Positions 13,221 through 23,612 are shown, counted from the stretch's first letter. The stretch is 64,000 nt of DNA from Candidatus Latescibacterota bacterium (GCA_965208835.1 OZ242358.1:2176001-2240000), one strand, 5' to 3'. Numbers and translations: made by a program. The notes: generated by a model not told the origin, from the sequence alone.

Positions 13221-15314
13221 GTGAATAGCGAAACGCCTGACAGGATTCGGAACGTTGCCCTGGTTGGTCACAGCAGCACCGGGAAGACCTCGCTGGCCGA
13301 GGCGCTGCTTTACTCCGCGGGTGAAAGCAATCGATTGGGGACGGTCGATGCCGGCACGACAAAGTCGGATTTCGCCGAGCCCGAGATTGCCCGGAAAATC
13401 TCCATCAGCATGTCAATGTTGCACTGCGGTTGGAATGGCGCAAAGGTCAATATTCTGGATGCGCCTGGATACGCGGATTTTATTGGCGACGCCAAGGCGG
13501 CGCTCTGGGCGGCGGACAATGCGGTACTCCTTGTTCACGCGGCAAACGGGGTGGAGATCGGGACGGACAAGGCCTGGGGAATTGCGGAATCCTTCGGGCG
13601 TCCGCGCCTGTTTTTTGTCAACCACGTCGACAAGGAATTTGCCGACTTTGACAAAGTTCTCAATGAACTTCAGGAGCAGTACGGGCGACACGTACTTCCG
13701 TTTCAGATGCCGGTCAACCAGGGCACCGGCTTTAACCAGATCATCGACGTACTGAATCAAAAGCTGCTGACGTATCCGGCCGATGCGAACGGAAAACCCG
13801 AAGTAGGCGAAGTGCCTGCCGACCTTCGCGACGACGTCGAGACACTGCGGGAACAGATCGTCGAAGCGGCGGCCGAGAGCGACGATGAGTTGACGGAGAA
13901 ATACCTGGAGGAACTGGATCTTTCGGTAGAGGATCTCTCTCGCGGACTGAAGCTCGGCATCCTGAAGGGAACGACGGTTCCGGTCCTTTGCGGTGATGCG
14001 TCCAGAAATATGGGTGCCGATCAGTTGCTGGATTTCCTCGTCGACAATATGATGTCTCCGTCTGAAGTGCCCGCCACTGGCGGACGTATGGTGGCAACCG
14101 ACGAACCGGCCGAACTCCGGCCGTCTGCGGACGGTCCGCTTGCCGCCGTCGTGTTCAAGACCGTTTCGGAGACCGTCGGCGATCTGTCATTCGTCCGCGT
14201 GTATTCCGGATCGCTGGCGGCATCCTCCGAGGTGTATAATTCGAGCGGAAAAACGGCCGAACGGGTAGGGCAGATCTACGCCCTGAACGGCCAGGACCGT
14301 GAAGAGGTGCCGTTTATTTCTGCCGGAGACATGGGGGCGCTGGTCAAACTGAAAGACACGCATAGCGGCAATACGCTGTGCGAACGGCGCAACCAGGTGG
14401 AGGTCGCGCCGCTGGATTTCCCGCATCCGCTGATACGTATCGCGGTGGAGCCGAAATCACGCGGAGACGAAGAGAAGATCAGCATGGGTTTGCAGCGTAT
14501 TCACGAGGAAGATCCAAGTTTCATCGCCGGATACGATGCGGAGCTGAAACAGATCATCGTTCAGGGTCAGGGAGAGTTGCACCTCGATGTCGTACTCGAA
14601 AAACTGAAGCAGAAGTTCGGCGTAGAGGTGATCACGGTCGAGCCGAGGATTCCGTATCGGGAGACCATCACATCTCACGCCGAAGGTCACCACCGGCACA
14701 AGAAGCAGACCGGAGGGCGCGGGCAGTTCGGCGAGGCGTACCTGCGAATCGAGCCGGTGAGCCGCGGCGAAGGATTCGAGTTTCAGGATGAGGTGGTGGG
14801 TGGTGCCATCCCTCGCAATTATATTCCCGCCGTTGAAAAGGGGGTTGTCGAAGCGATCGAACGTGGGGTGCTCGCCGGTTACAATGTAGTGGATACGCGG
14901 GTTACTGTCTACGATGGTTCGTATCACCCGGTCGATTCGTCTGAAATGGCCTTCCACATGGCGGGTTCCCAGGCCTTCCAGAAGGCGTTTATGAGCGCAC
15001 GGCCGATTCTGCTGGAGCCCATTTATCGGGTAACGGTCATGGTGCCGGAGAAATATATGGGCGATGTGATGGGCGATCTGAACAGTCGCCGGGGCAGGAT
15101 ACAGGGAATGGACCCCGAAGGCAGTTTTCAGGTCATTCGGGCCGAAGTACCGCTGGCGGAGCTATATAAGTACTCGACTTCGCTGCGTTCGATGACACAG
15201 GGAACGGGCGACTATACAATGGAATTCGACCATTACGAACCCGTACCCGCCGAACTGACCCGGAAGATCGTAGAAGCCTCCAGGAAGAAGGAGGGCGAAG
15301 CCGTAGAGGCGTGA
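13221..15314 (+). CDS. fusA: Elongation factor G-like protein (EF-G2 type)
   Basis: GTG after AGGAGGAGG; G1 GHSSTGKT, RKISI, DAPGYADF, GQGELHL, KKQTGGRGQFG, GSYHPVDSSEMAF; outside the str operon. Confidence 0.93.
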   Translation: MNSETPDRIRNVALVGHSSTGKTSLAEALLYSAGESNRLGTVDAGTTKSDFAEPEIARKISISMSMLHCGWNGAKVNILDAPGYADFIGDAKAALWAADNAVLLVHAANGVEIGTDKAWGIAESFGRPRLFFVNHVDKEFADFDKVLNELQEQYGRHVLPFQMPVNQGTGFNQIIDVLNQKLLTYPADANGKPEVGEVPADLRDDVETLREQIVEAAAESDDELTEKYLEELDLSVEDLSRGLKLGILKGTTVPVLCGDASRNMGADQLLDFLVDNMMSPSEVPATGGRMVATDEPAELRPSADGPLAAVVFKTVSETVGDLSFVRVYSGSLAASSEVYNSSGKTAERVGQIYALNGQDREEVPFISAGDMGALVKLKDTHSGNTLCERRNQVEVAPLDFPHPLIRIAVEPKSRGDEEKISMGLQRIHEEDPSFIAGYDAELKQIIVQGQGELHLDVVLEKLKQKFGVEVITVEPRIPYRETITSHAEGHHRHKKQTGGRGQFGEAYLRIEPVSRGEGFEFQDEVVGGAIPRNYIPAVEKGVVEAIERGVLAGYNVVDTRVTVYDGSYHPVDSSEMAFHMAGSQAFQKAFMSARPILLEPIYRVTVMVPEKYMGDVMGDLNSRRGRIQGMDPEGSFQVIRAEVPLAELYKYSTSLRSMTQGTGDYTMEFDHYEPVPAELTRKIVEASRKKEGEAVEA

Positions 15315-15337
15315 TTCGGCTCAGGAACCGATGGCCT

Positions 15338-15374
15338 CAGGCGATGTCCTCCAGGACATCGCCTGCTTTTGTTT
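15338..15374 (+). terminator. Rho-independent terminator
   Basis: CAGGCGATGTCC-TCCA-GGACATCGCCTG followed by CTTTTGTTT. Confidence 0.85.
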
Positions 15375-15507
15375 ATGGCTGTCGGCCCTCATGAACCGCG
15401 GAACCTCCGCAGGCAAAGCACAGTTCTGGCGCCCGGGCCGCCGAATTGCCGCCCGCGTCGGATCAGGATAGACGGAGAATCCGCGAGCAAAATTGCTCGT
15501 TTTTGTA

Positions 15508-15536
15508 TTGCCTAAATATCTATTTGTTGCTATATT
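15508..15536 (+). promoter_or_regulatory. Putative sigma70 promoter of the yebC-ruv operon
   Basis: TTGCCT-17 bp-TATATT in an AT-rich patch. Confidence 0.55.
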
Positions 15537-15600
15537 ATCAAATAGTTAGAGCGATTTTTTTTCGGAAAGTTTGTCGTTCTTCGACGGAGGTGGGCGGTTT

Positions 15601-16353
15601 ATGGCCGGTCATTCGAAATGGGCGAATATCAAGCACAGAAAAGGACGTGCGGATGCCGCCAGGGGCAAGCGGTTCACCAGGCTGATCAGAGAAATCACGG
15701 TGTCCGCGAGGGAAGGAGGCGGCGACGAGGCGAATAATCCACGGCTCAGGGCCGCCATTCTAAACGCAAAATCGGAAAATATGCCGGCCGCCAATATAGA
15801 ACGCGCGGTCAAGAAAGGCACCGGCGACCTGCCGGGCGAATCGTACGAAGGTGCAGTGTACGAGGGATATGGCCCGGGCGGGGTCGCGCTCTTTATCGAG
15901 GTTTTGACCGACAACAGAAATCGCACCGTATCTCAGGTGAGGCATCTCCTGAACAAGCACAATGCCAGTATGGCCGAAAGCGGCTCGGTAGCCTGGGTTT
16001 TCGATCAGAAGGGGCTGGTTGTCGTGTCCAGAGAAAACGCCGACGAAGAGACACTGATGTTGGCCGCCCTCGAAGCCGGCGCCGAAGACATCGTTGAAGA
16101 CGACGCCGTTTACGAAGTTTACACGTCACCCCAGGGTTTCGGACCTGTACAAAAGGCGCTTGCGGCGCAGCAGATCCCCTTTGAACGGGCCGAGCTGACG
16201 CGGGTGCCTCAGAATACGGTGACCGTAGAAGGGAATACGGCGGTACGCCTGATCCGCCTGCTGGAGACGCTGGAGTCTCAGGACGACGTCCAGCGAGTCT
16301 ATGCGAATTTCGAGATGGACGAAGAGGAACTGTCGGCGCTGATGTCGCCCTGA
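15601..16353 (+). CDS. yebC: YebC/PmpR-family protein
   Basis: MAGHSKWANIKHRK, YEGYGPGG, TDNRNRT, DDVQRVYAN; upstream of ruvC. Confidence 0.97.
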   Translation: MAGHSKWANIKHRKGRADAARGKRFTRLIREITVSAREGGGDEANNPRLRAAILNAKSENMPAANIERAVKKGTGDLPGESYEGAVYEGYGPGGVALFIEVLTDNRNRTVSQVRHLLNKHNASMAESGSVAWVFDQKGLVVVSRENADEETLMLAALEAGAEDIVEDDAVYEVYTSPQGFGPVQKALAAQQIPFERAELTRVPQNTVTVEGNTAVRLIRLLETLESQDDVQRVYANFEMDEEELSALMSP

Positions 16354-16427
16354 GTCAACAGGATCTGCTGTATCGGCCGATTCATTCAGACACGTGCACC
16401 CAAGCGGACTCTGATTACTCCTCCTGA

Positions 16428-16573
16428 CAGCCCGTTGAAAACGCCCATCCCGGCTACGGCCGGCCCTTGCGGTCGAAATACCGCGTTGCGCGCCCTCGCC
16501 GAATCGCAGGATGGGACTCGGTTGCGCGCCTTGTCTTCGGCCTCGCCTGCAGAGCGACTTTATCAACGGACTG
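16428..16573 (+). mobile_element. MITE family A, copy 1 (146 bp)
   Basis: Inverted ends CAGCCCGTTGA/TCAACGGACTG, flanked by direct repeat CTGA; close homologue of copies at 17892, 50969 and 52355. Confidence 0.85.
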
Positions 16574-16610
16574 CTGACGAGTCCAAACCGCACCCTGAAA
16601 GGCGGGCACC

Positions 16611-17255
16611 TTGCTGGTTCTGGGTATAGACCCCGGCAGTGTGATCACCGGTTACGGTGTAGTGGAATGCCGTGGCCGCAGGAGCCGTATGGTTGCAGGC
16701 GGTACATTGCGCCCGGATACGGGGTTACCCTTTGCCGGGCGGCTGCTTGAGATTCACGATGGGCTCCTGAAACTGATCGAAGAATACTCGCCCGACGAAG
16801 TTGCGGTCGAGAACGCTTTCTATCGTGCCAACGTGAAGACATTGATGAAGATGTGCGAAGCCCGGGGCGCAATCATGGTGGCGCTCGCCAGATCGGATCT
16901 GCCCGTTTTCGAATACGCGCCTCGCGAGGTCAAACAGGCTGTCGTGGGTCGTGGCGGTGCGTCCAAGGAACAGGTGCAGTTTATGATACGGAATCTGTTC
17001 GGTCAGAAACGGGTCACGGGACCATACGACATCACCGATGCGCTGGCTGTCGCGGTTTGTCACGTGAACCGGCTCCAGGCGCCCGGGGGTGACGCCGTGC
17101 GCGCAGCCGCCCGTGGGGGACAGCGGGCGGTGCGCCTTCCCGACGGCAGCGGCGGGCACACGCGTGCGGGACGGATGGACCGTCTGAAGGAAAAGCTGGA
17201 GGAATTGGGCGTCGAAAGCGTTCGAACGACCGGAGCGAAACGAAGGGGTCGATAG
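16611..17255 (+). CDS. ruvC: Holliday junction resolvase RuvC
   Basis: LGIDPG, VAVE, YAPREVKQAVVGRGGASKEQV, DITDALAVA; TTG start. Confidence 0.96.
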   Translation: MLVLGIDPGSVITGYGVVECRGRRSRMVAGGTLRPDTGLPFAGRLLEIHDGLLKLIEEYSPDEVAVENAFYRANVKTLMKMCEARGAIMVALARSDLPVFEYAPREVKQAVVGRGGASKEQVQFMIRNLFGQKRVTGPYDITDALAVAVCHVNRLQAPGGDAVRAAARGGQRAVRLPDGSGGHTRAGRMDRLKEKLEELGVESVRTTGAKRRGR

Positions 17256-17259
17256 TCGA

Positions 17260-17853
17260 ATGATCGCCTATCTCGAAGGCAAACTGGCCGTGAACAGCCC
17301 CACGCATCTGGTTGTCGACGTTGCAGGCGTCGGCTTTCTCGTTCACATTCCGATGTCAAGCTACGACGCCGGCCGGGGACGTGGGGAAACCGTCAAGATA
17401 CTGACCCATTTGCACGTACGCGAAGATGCACTTACGATTTACGGTTTCGAAACCGAAGCCGAGCGGGATCTGTTCGAGTTATTGATTTCGGTTTCGGGAA
17501 TCGGTCCCCCGCTTGCCCAGAAGATTCTTTCCGGCGTCCAGATTCAGACTTTTCGCCGGTTGGTAGCGTCGGAAGACGCCCGTGGACTCACCCAGATCAA
17601 GGGGATCGGGCAGAAACTGGCGCGGCGGCTGGTGCTCGAATTGAAGGACCGGATCGGCGACGTCCCCGATGACGATGTCCGGGGGCGGGTATCGCCGGTG
17701 GCGGCGGGACGGGCCGATGAAGCGGTTAAGGCGCTCGCGGGTCTGGGCGTGCCCCACGTGAAAGCCCGCAGCGTGGTTGACAACGTGATCGGCGATCATG
17801 GTAACGAGGCATCGGTGGAAGCGATCATTCGAGAAGCGCTTCGGCGACTGTAG
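17260..17853 (+). CDS. ruvA: Holliday junction branch-migration protein RuvA
   Basis: MIAYLEG, HVRED, LISVSGIGP HhH motifs. Confidence 0.97.
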   Translation: MIAYLEGKLAVNSPTHLVVDVAGVGFLVHIPMSSYDAGRGRGETVKILTHLHVREDALTIYGFETEAERDLFELLISVSGIGPPLAQKILSGVQIQTFRRLVASEDARGLTQIKGIGQKLARRLVLELKDRIGDVPDDDVRGRVSPVAAGRADEAVKALAGLGVPHVKARSVVDNVIGDHGNEASVEAIIREALRRL

Positions 17854-17891
17854 TCTTCTGTCGCGACGTTCGACAACTCATCCCGGTTTAG

Positions 17892-18037
17892 CAGCCCGTT
17901 GAAATAGCCCATCCGGGCTACGGCCGGCCCTCGCGGTCGAAATACTGCGTTGCGCTCCCTCGCCGAATCGCAGGATGGGACTAGGTCGCGCGCCTTGTCT
18001 TCGGCCTCGCCTGCAGAGCGACTTTATCAACGGACTG
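17892..18037 (+). mobile_element. MITE family A, copy 2 (146 bp)
   Basis: Same ends and core as copy 1; TTAG direct repeat on both sides; lies between ruvA and ruvB. Confidence 0.88.
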
Positions 18038-18065
18038 TTAGTGCGATAAAGGAAGACGGTTCGGA

Positions 18066-19088
18066 ATGAATGGAAGGGTAAGCGACCCTCAGATGCAAGA
18101 CCAGGACCGGAATGAAGGCGACGATCAGTTGCGCCCGGCGCGATTCGCCGATATGACCGGACAGGAGAAGGTCAAGGAGAAGCTGCGAATCGCGGTTGAT
18201 GCGGCAACACACCGGGGCGACGCCATGGACCATGCGCTTCTCTACGGCCCGCCCGGGCTGGGGAAGACAACGCTGGCATATGTCGTCGCCAACGAGCTGG
18301 GAGCGGAGATCATGCCGACTTCCGGCCCCGTACTTGAACGCGCCGCGGACCTGGCCGGTCTGCTGACGAACCTGGCCGAAAGGGACGTCCTATTCATCGA
18401 TGAAATTCATCGGATGAACCGGGTCGTGGAGGAAACGCTGTATCCCGCGATGGAGGACTTCGTGCTGGATATAATGCTCGACAGCGGGCCCGGCGCACGC
18501 TCTTACAGAGTTCCTCTCGATCGGTTTACGCTCATCGGCGCAACAACCCGCTACGGCCTCCTGACCGGTCCGATGCGGGATCGTTTCGGCATCGTCGAGC
18601 GGCTGGACTTTTATAACGAATCGGAATTACAGACCATCGTCGAACGCGCTGCGCGAATTCTGAAAATCAGTATCCAGTCCGAGGGGGCGTACGAAATCGC
18701 ACGGAGGTCGCGGGGTACGGCCCGGATCGCAACCCGGTTATTGAGAAGGTCGCGGGACTACGCGCAGGCGCGTGCGCAGGGTACGATTACGCTGGACGTT
18801 GCAGGTCGCGCGCTGGAACTTGCCGACATAGACAACAAAGGACTGGACGAAATGGACCGTCGACTCCTGTCGATGCTGGTGGAGAAGTACGGCGGTGGTC
18901 CGGTGGGCCTGAATAACCTGGCGGCCGCGCTGGGCGAAGAGCCGGATACCATCGAGGATGTCTACGAGCCCTATCTGATTCAGGAAGGATATCTGCTGCG
19001 TACCCACAGAGGCCGTCAGGCCACGCCGCTGGCCTATCGACACCTCGGATTTACCCCGCCGGAAGGAAAGCAGGGGCGCCTGTTGTGA
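18066..19088 (+). CDS. ruvB: Holliday junction helicase RuvB
   Basis: LRP...[37 protein letters not shown]. Confidence 0.98.
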   Translation: MNGRVSDPQMQDQDRNEGDDQLRPARFADMTGQEKVKEKLRIAVDAATHRGDAMDHALLYGPPGLGKTTLAYVVANELGAEIMPTSGPVLERAADLAGLLTNLAERDVLFIDEIHRMNRVVEETLYPAMEDFVLDIMLDSGPGARSYRVPLDRFTLIGATTRYGLLTGPMRDRFGIVERLDFYNESELQTIVERAARILKISIQSEGAYEIARRSRGTARIATRLLRRSRDYAQARAQGTITLDVAGRALELADIDNKGLDEMDRRLLSMLVEKYGGGPVGLNNLAAALGEEPDTIEDVYEPYLIQEGYLLRTHRGRQATPLAYRHLGFTPPEGKQGRLL

Positions 19089-19135
19089 CGTCACGTGGGA
19101 CAGGTACATAGCGGTTGCGGCGAGAGGCTGAAGCG

Positions 19136-19819
19136 ATGTACATGTTGGGTATCGAAACCTCGACACCGGTGTGCAGTGTCGGTCTGGTTGACGAAAACCG
19201 GGTGTTGACTTGCTACTCGCAGAATACGGGGCTGCGGCACGCGGAACGGACGGTTGCGCTGGCGGAACGGGCACTCCAGGACGCCGGACTCGCGGCCGCG
19301 GACCTGCACGGGGTGGCCGTGGGATCGGGGCCGGGCTCGTTTACGGGCCTGCGGATTGGAATGGCCGCTGCAAAGGGCCTGTGTGTCGCATTGAATCTGC
19401 CACTCCTGGCAGTGTCGACGCTGAAGGGCCTGGCGGCCCAGGTCGTCTTCGAGCGCATGCCGGTCTGTGCAATACTCGATGCACGGCGTGGCGAAGTCTA
19501 CGCGGGTGTGTACAGTCTCGACGGAGGGACCCTCACGGCACGTCTTCCGGATACCGCTCTTCCTCTTGAAGATCTGATTCCGAAGCTCCCGAAGCCGGTG
19601 TTGTTTGTCGGCGATGGCGGGATGACATACCGGAATCGTATCGAGGCATCCCTGGGCGCAGACGCCCGGTTCGCCCCCGCATCCACTCACCCCAGCGGCG
19701 GGTCCATCGCGATTCTCGGCGCTGAAGCCCTGCGGGACGGAAATTCAGTCGACCTGGCGACGGCGGAGCCGGAGTACCATCGCCGGAGTCAGGCCGAAAG
19801 TGCGGGAACAACAGGATAA
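19136..19819 (+). CDS. tsaB: t6A biosynthesis protein TsaB
   Basis: LGIETST, GPGSFTGLRIG, DARRGEVY. Confidence 0.96.
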   Translation: MYMLGIETSTPVCSVGLVDENRVLTCYSQNTGLRHAERTVALAERALQDAGLAAADLHGVAVGSGPGSFTGLRIGMAAAKGLCVALNLPLLAVSTLKGLAAQVVFERMPVCAILDARRGEVYAGVYSLDGGTLTARLPDTALPLEDLIPKLPKPVLFVGDGGMTYRNRIEASLGADARFAPASTHPSGGSIAILGAEALRDGNSVDLATAEPEYHRRSQAESAGTTG

Positions 19820-19840
19820 CTGCACAGGAGTCCGAATTCA

Positions 19841-20356
19841 ATGCGGTGCGAGTCGCGGCAGGCGATTTCCGAATTCAGGCTTCTTGGAATGGGCGCGGGT
19901 CACCTCGACGCGGTCGTGGCGATCGAGCGCGAGGGGTTCGCGGATCCATGGCGAAGAGAGGACTTTGAAGACGCGTTGGGCAGAGGGAACAGTTACAACC
20001 TCGTCTACCTGAACGGCAACCGGGTCGTCGCATATGCGGTTGGCTTTCTTGCGTCCAACGAATATCATCTGGCCAATCTCGCGGTGCATCCGGAATTTCG
20101 GCGCCGCGGAGTCGGTAGACGGTTTCTGGAGGCCGTAATGAACGGGTTGCCCGATCGAAATGTGAATGTCGTCACCCTCGAGGTGCGCGTTTCCAATCTG
20201 ACAGCCATCGGCCTTTACAGAAAGCTCGGATTTCGGACTGTCGCGATTCGCCAGGGATATTACAAATCGCCCGCGGAAGATGCGCTCGTCTTGTTGAAAG
20301 CGCTGCATGGACGATTCACCGATTGGGCGAACGGCGGACTCGCAGTTTTGCGTTGA
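19841..20356 (+). CDS. rimI: Ribosomal-protein-alanine N-acetyltransferase RimI
   Basis: NLAVHPEFRRRGVG, LEVRVSN, RQGYY..PAEDA; follows tsaB. Confidence 0.92.
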   Translation: MRCESRQAISEFRLLGMGAGHLDAVVAIEREGFADPWRREDFEDALGRGNSYNLVYLNGNRVVAYAVGFLASNEYHLANLAVHPEFRRRGVGRRFLEAVMNGLPDRNVNVVTLEVRVSNLTAIGLYRKLGFRTVAIRQGYYKSPAEDALVLLKALHGRFTDWANGGLAVLR

Positions 20357-20361
20357 ACTTA

Positions 20362-20547
20362 GAAGCCGTCTTAAAATTCCCAGCGGTATTCGCGCGGCTG
20401 CAAAAGTGCCGGTCGGCGTTGGTCAAATCCACCCGTCTTACGAGATCGAGGCTGCGCTTGCTCGCCTCTCATAGGCGGATTTTCCCGCCTTGACCGACAC
20501 TTTTTCGCTCGCGCTCGGGAACTCACCGGTAATTTTAACACAGCTTC
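20362..20547 (+). mobile_element. MITE family B, copy 1 (186 bp)
   Basis: Inverted ends GAAGCCGTCTTAAAATT/AATTTTAACACAGCTTC; homologous to copies at 54074 and 55249. Confidence 0.85.
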
Positions 20548-20567
20548 TTGCGGCAGGGGACTGACGA

Positions 20568-21632
20568 ATGTTCTGCCAGACAGTCATGGGACAGAAACGT
20601 GTCACGGAGCGGCTCGAGCGGATGGCGGGAAGCGCAAATCTGCCGCACGCCCTCCTGTTTACCGGGCCGGAGGGCACCGGAAAGGTGGCCGCGGCCCTCG
20701 AAATGGCGAGGAGCCTTTACTGCAGTGAGCCGAATGCCGGATGCTGTGAGAATTGCCGCGGATGCAGGAAGACGGCGGGTTTGAACCACCCTGACATGTC
20801 ATTGTTGTTTCCGATTTCACAGCGGTCGTCGCCCGAGATGGAGCGGGAGACGTTGGTACGGATCGCAGAGGATCCTTATGGGTACCCGCTGCCCGCCGAC
20901 CACGCGACCCATTCAATCGGACAGATTCGATCCCTGCAGAAACAGTTCGCGTACGGCGCGTTCGAGGGGGGATGGCGGGTGGCGGTTGTCATGCATGCGG
21001 ATCGGATGCGGGCGGAAGCCGCCAATGCGCTGCTGAAGACGTTGGAAGAACCTCCCGCGCGGTCTCTGTTGATTCTCACGGCGGCCTCACAGGAGTCTCT
21101 GCTGCCGACGATCGTCTCCCGCTGCCAGTGGGTGGTGTTTTCGCCCGTCTCGGTTGAGGACGCGGCCCGGGCATTGTCGAACCAGCCCGGAATCGACGCG
21201 GACTCGGCGATGTCCGTCGCGCGAACCTGCGGCGGAAACCTCAGGCGCGCCCGGGAAATGATCGATCATCAGGTCGACGGCCTGCAAGACCGGGGGTACC
21301 GGTTTCTGGCCGCGCTCCTGTGGGACGAGGAGGCTCGAACCCACGAGGCGCTGGAGAAACTGGCAGCAGACAGGGATGAAGCCCTGCAGCTGCTCGGCAG
21401 CGCGGAGATGTGGCTCCGTGACGTCCTTCTTCTCCAATATGGCGACTCCGGCAGCGTAACACACGCCCGGAGGTTGGACGAGATTCGACGACTGTCCCGC
21501 GCGCTGGGTCTGGAGGGTGTGAAGAGCACCGCCGATAAGATTGAAACGCTGCGCGAGATGAATCGTCGCAACGTCAATCTGTACGTTGGCCTCGTTTCGC
21601 TCTGGCGGGAAGTCAGGGGCGCTGCGAATTAG
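20568..21632 (+). CDS. holB: DNA polymerase III subunit delta'
   Basis: HALLFTGPEGTGK, Cys cluster, HPD, AANALLKTLEEPP, LLPTIVSRC. Confidence 0.93.
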   Translation: MFCQTVMGQKRVTERLERMAGSANLPHALLFTGPEGTGKVAAALEMARSLYCSEPNAGCCENCRGCRKTAGLNHPDMSLLFPISQRSSPEMERETLVRIAEDPYGYPLPADHATHSIGQIRSLQKQFAYGAFEGGWRVAVVMHADRMRAEAANALLKTLEEPPARSLLILTAASQESLLPTIVSRCQWVVFSPVSVEDAARALSNQPGIDADSAMSVARTCGGNLRRAREMIDHQVDGLQDRGYRFLAALLWDEEARTHEALEKLAADRDEALQLLGSAEMWLRDVLLLQYGDSGSVTHARRLDEIRRLSRALGLEGVKSTADKIETLREMNRRNVNLYVGLVSLWREVRGAAN

Positions 21633-21707
21633 CCGGAATGCCATGTGGATGGGAGGCGTAGCCGATGAGAGCTGATCGCCTGTTTTCGGGGCCGGAAGGT
21701 TGAGTGT

Positions 21708-23612
21708 ATGGGGCGATTCTACATAACAACACCAATATATTATGTGAATGACGAGCCGCATCTGGGGCATGCGTATACGACCATAATGGCGGATGTCTTC
21801 GCCAGGTATCACCGGGTTGCGGGCGACGACGTGCTGTTTCTGACCGGGACGGACGAGCACGGTCAGAAGGTGGCCCAGGCAGCGAAGGAGCGCGGTGTCG
21901 ACCCTCAGGATCACTGCGACGAGATGGTAGAGCGATTCCGGAGACTCTGGGCGACATTGAATATTTCTTACGATGATTTCATCCGAACCACTGAATCCCG
22001 GCACAGGCGCGTCGTGCAGCAGATTCTCCAGCGTCTATACGAAGCCGGAGAGATCTACGCGGACGACTACGAGGGCTGGTATTGCGTTCCGGACGAACGG
22101 TTCTGGACCGAGAAGGACCTGCTGGACGGGAAGTGTCCGGAGTGCGGGCGCGAGGTGACGCGGATATCCGAGAAGAACTATTTTTTTCGCATGGGCAAAT
22201 ATCGTGAGTGGCTGACAGACCACATCCGAGACGACTCCCGGTTTGTGCTTCCTCCTGCGCGCAGAAACGAGATGCTCGGGTTTCTTCGCCGGCCGCTGAA
22301 CGATCTGTGTATCTCCAGGCCGAAGGCCCGCCTGGCCTGGGGCATTCCGTTGCCGTTCGACGAGTCATACGTGTGCTACGTCTGGTTCGATGCGCTGATC
22401 AATTACATTACGGCTGCGGGTTATCTGCAGGATGCCGACGCTTTTGGACGGTGGTGGCCGGCTTCATGCCATCTGATAGGCAAAGATATCCTGACCACGC
22501 ACTGCATTTACTGGCCGACGATGTTGAAGGCGATGGGCGTTGAGACCCCGGACACCGTGATGGCCCACGGATGGTGGCTGGTCGACGACGAAAAGATGAG
22601 CAAGTCTCTGGGAAACGCAATCCGGCCCCTGGATCTGGCGGACAAATACGGTGTGGACGCTTTTCGGTATTTTCTGGTACGTGAGATGGTGCTGGGAATG
22701 GACAGCAGTTTCGGTGAAACGGGGTTTGTCCGCCGCTATAATTCCGAACTCGCAAACGATCTGGGCAATTTACTGAATCGCACGGTGGTCATGGCCAAAC
22801 GATACCTGGGCGGGCGGGTGCCTGCTGCAGATACGAACCACCCCGACTTATCGGAGTTGAAGTTGCAGGCGCGCAGGACGCTGGACGGCGTGACTGACGC
22901 GCTGGGCAAGATGAATCCCGCTGGAATCCTCGATGCGATCTGGGACCTTGTTCGGCAGGCAAATCGCTTTGCGGAGGTGCAGGCGCCGTGGAACCTGGCC
23001 AGGGATCCCGACAGCAAGGATATCCTGAAGGCCACAATCTACGGTCTTCTTGAGACGATGCGTTATCTGGCGGTTCTGTTGTTTCCGGTCCTGCCGGAAA
23101 AAGCAGAGGAGATCTGGGCGCAGATTGGCGCGGACGGCGAAGTGAAAACCCGGACCATGCGGGACCTTCATTCCTGGGGCGGGCTTCGCGCCGGGGCTGA
23201 CGTGAACGCGGGGAGTCCGATTTTTCCCAGGATTGAATCGGTGGAAAAAGACCATTCGGAGAAAGCAGACATGGCTGACGGCAAAGAAGATCTCGTCCCG
23301 TTCAAGGAATTTCAGAAGCTGGAGTTTCGCGTGGCAAGGGTGGAGTCCGCCGATCGGGTTCCGGGCGCCGATCGCCTGCTGACGCTGCAGGTCAGCCTGG
23401 GCGACGAGCAGCGCCAGATTGTGGCCGGAGTCGCGGAGCAGTATCAACCGGAATCGCTGGTTGGCCGCCAGATCGTGGTGGTGGCTAATCTGGAGCCGGC
23501 GACGATCCGCGGGGTGGCGTCCGAAGGAATGCTGCTGGCGGCATCGGCGGACGGCCGTGTAGCCCTGCTGCAACCGGACGCCGACGTTCCCGACGGAGCC
23601 GAGGTGGGCTGA
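21708..23612 (+). CDS. metG: Methionine--tRNA ligase with C-terminal tRNA-binding domain
   Basis: YITTPIYYVN..PHLGH, TGTDEHG, YVWFDAL, KMSKS, C-terminal OB domain. Confidence 0.98.
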   Translation: MGRFYITTPIYYVNDEPHLGHAYTTIMADVFARYHRVAGDDVLFLTGTDEHGQKVAQAAKERGVDPQDHCDEMVERFRRLWATLNISYDDFIRTTESRHRRVVQQILQRLYEAGEIYADDYEGWYCVPDERFWTEKDLLDGKCPECGREVTRISEKNYFFRMGKYREWLTDHIRDDSRFVLPPARRNEMLGFLRRPLNDLCISRPKARLAWGIPLPFDESYVCYVWFDALINYITAAGYLQDADAFGRWWPASCHLIGKDILTTHCIYWPTMLKAMGVETPDTVMAHGWWLVDDEKMSKSLGNAIRPLDLADKYGVDAFRYFLVREMVLGMDSSFGETGFVRRYNSELANDLGNLLNRTVVMAKRYLGGRVPAADTNHPDLSELKLQARRTLDGVTDALGKMNPAGILDAIWDLVRQANRFAEVQAPWNLARDPDSKDILKATIYGLLETMRYLAVLLFPVLPEKAEEIWAQIGADGEVKTRTMRDLHSWGGLRAGADVNAGSPIFPRIESVEKDHSEKADMADGKEDLVPFKEFQKLEFRVARVESADRVPGADRLLTLQVSLGDEQRQIVAGVAEQYQPESLVGRQIVVVANLEPATIRGVASEGMLLAASADGRVALLQPDADVPDGAEVG

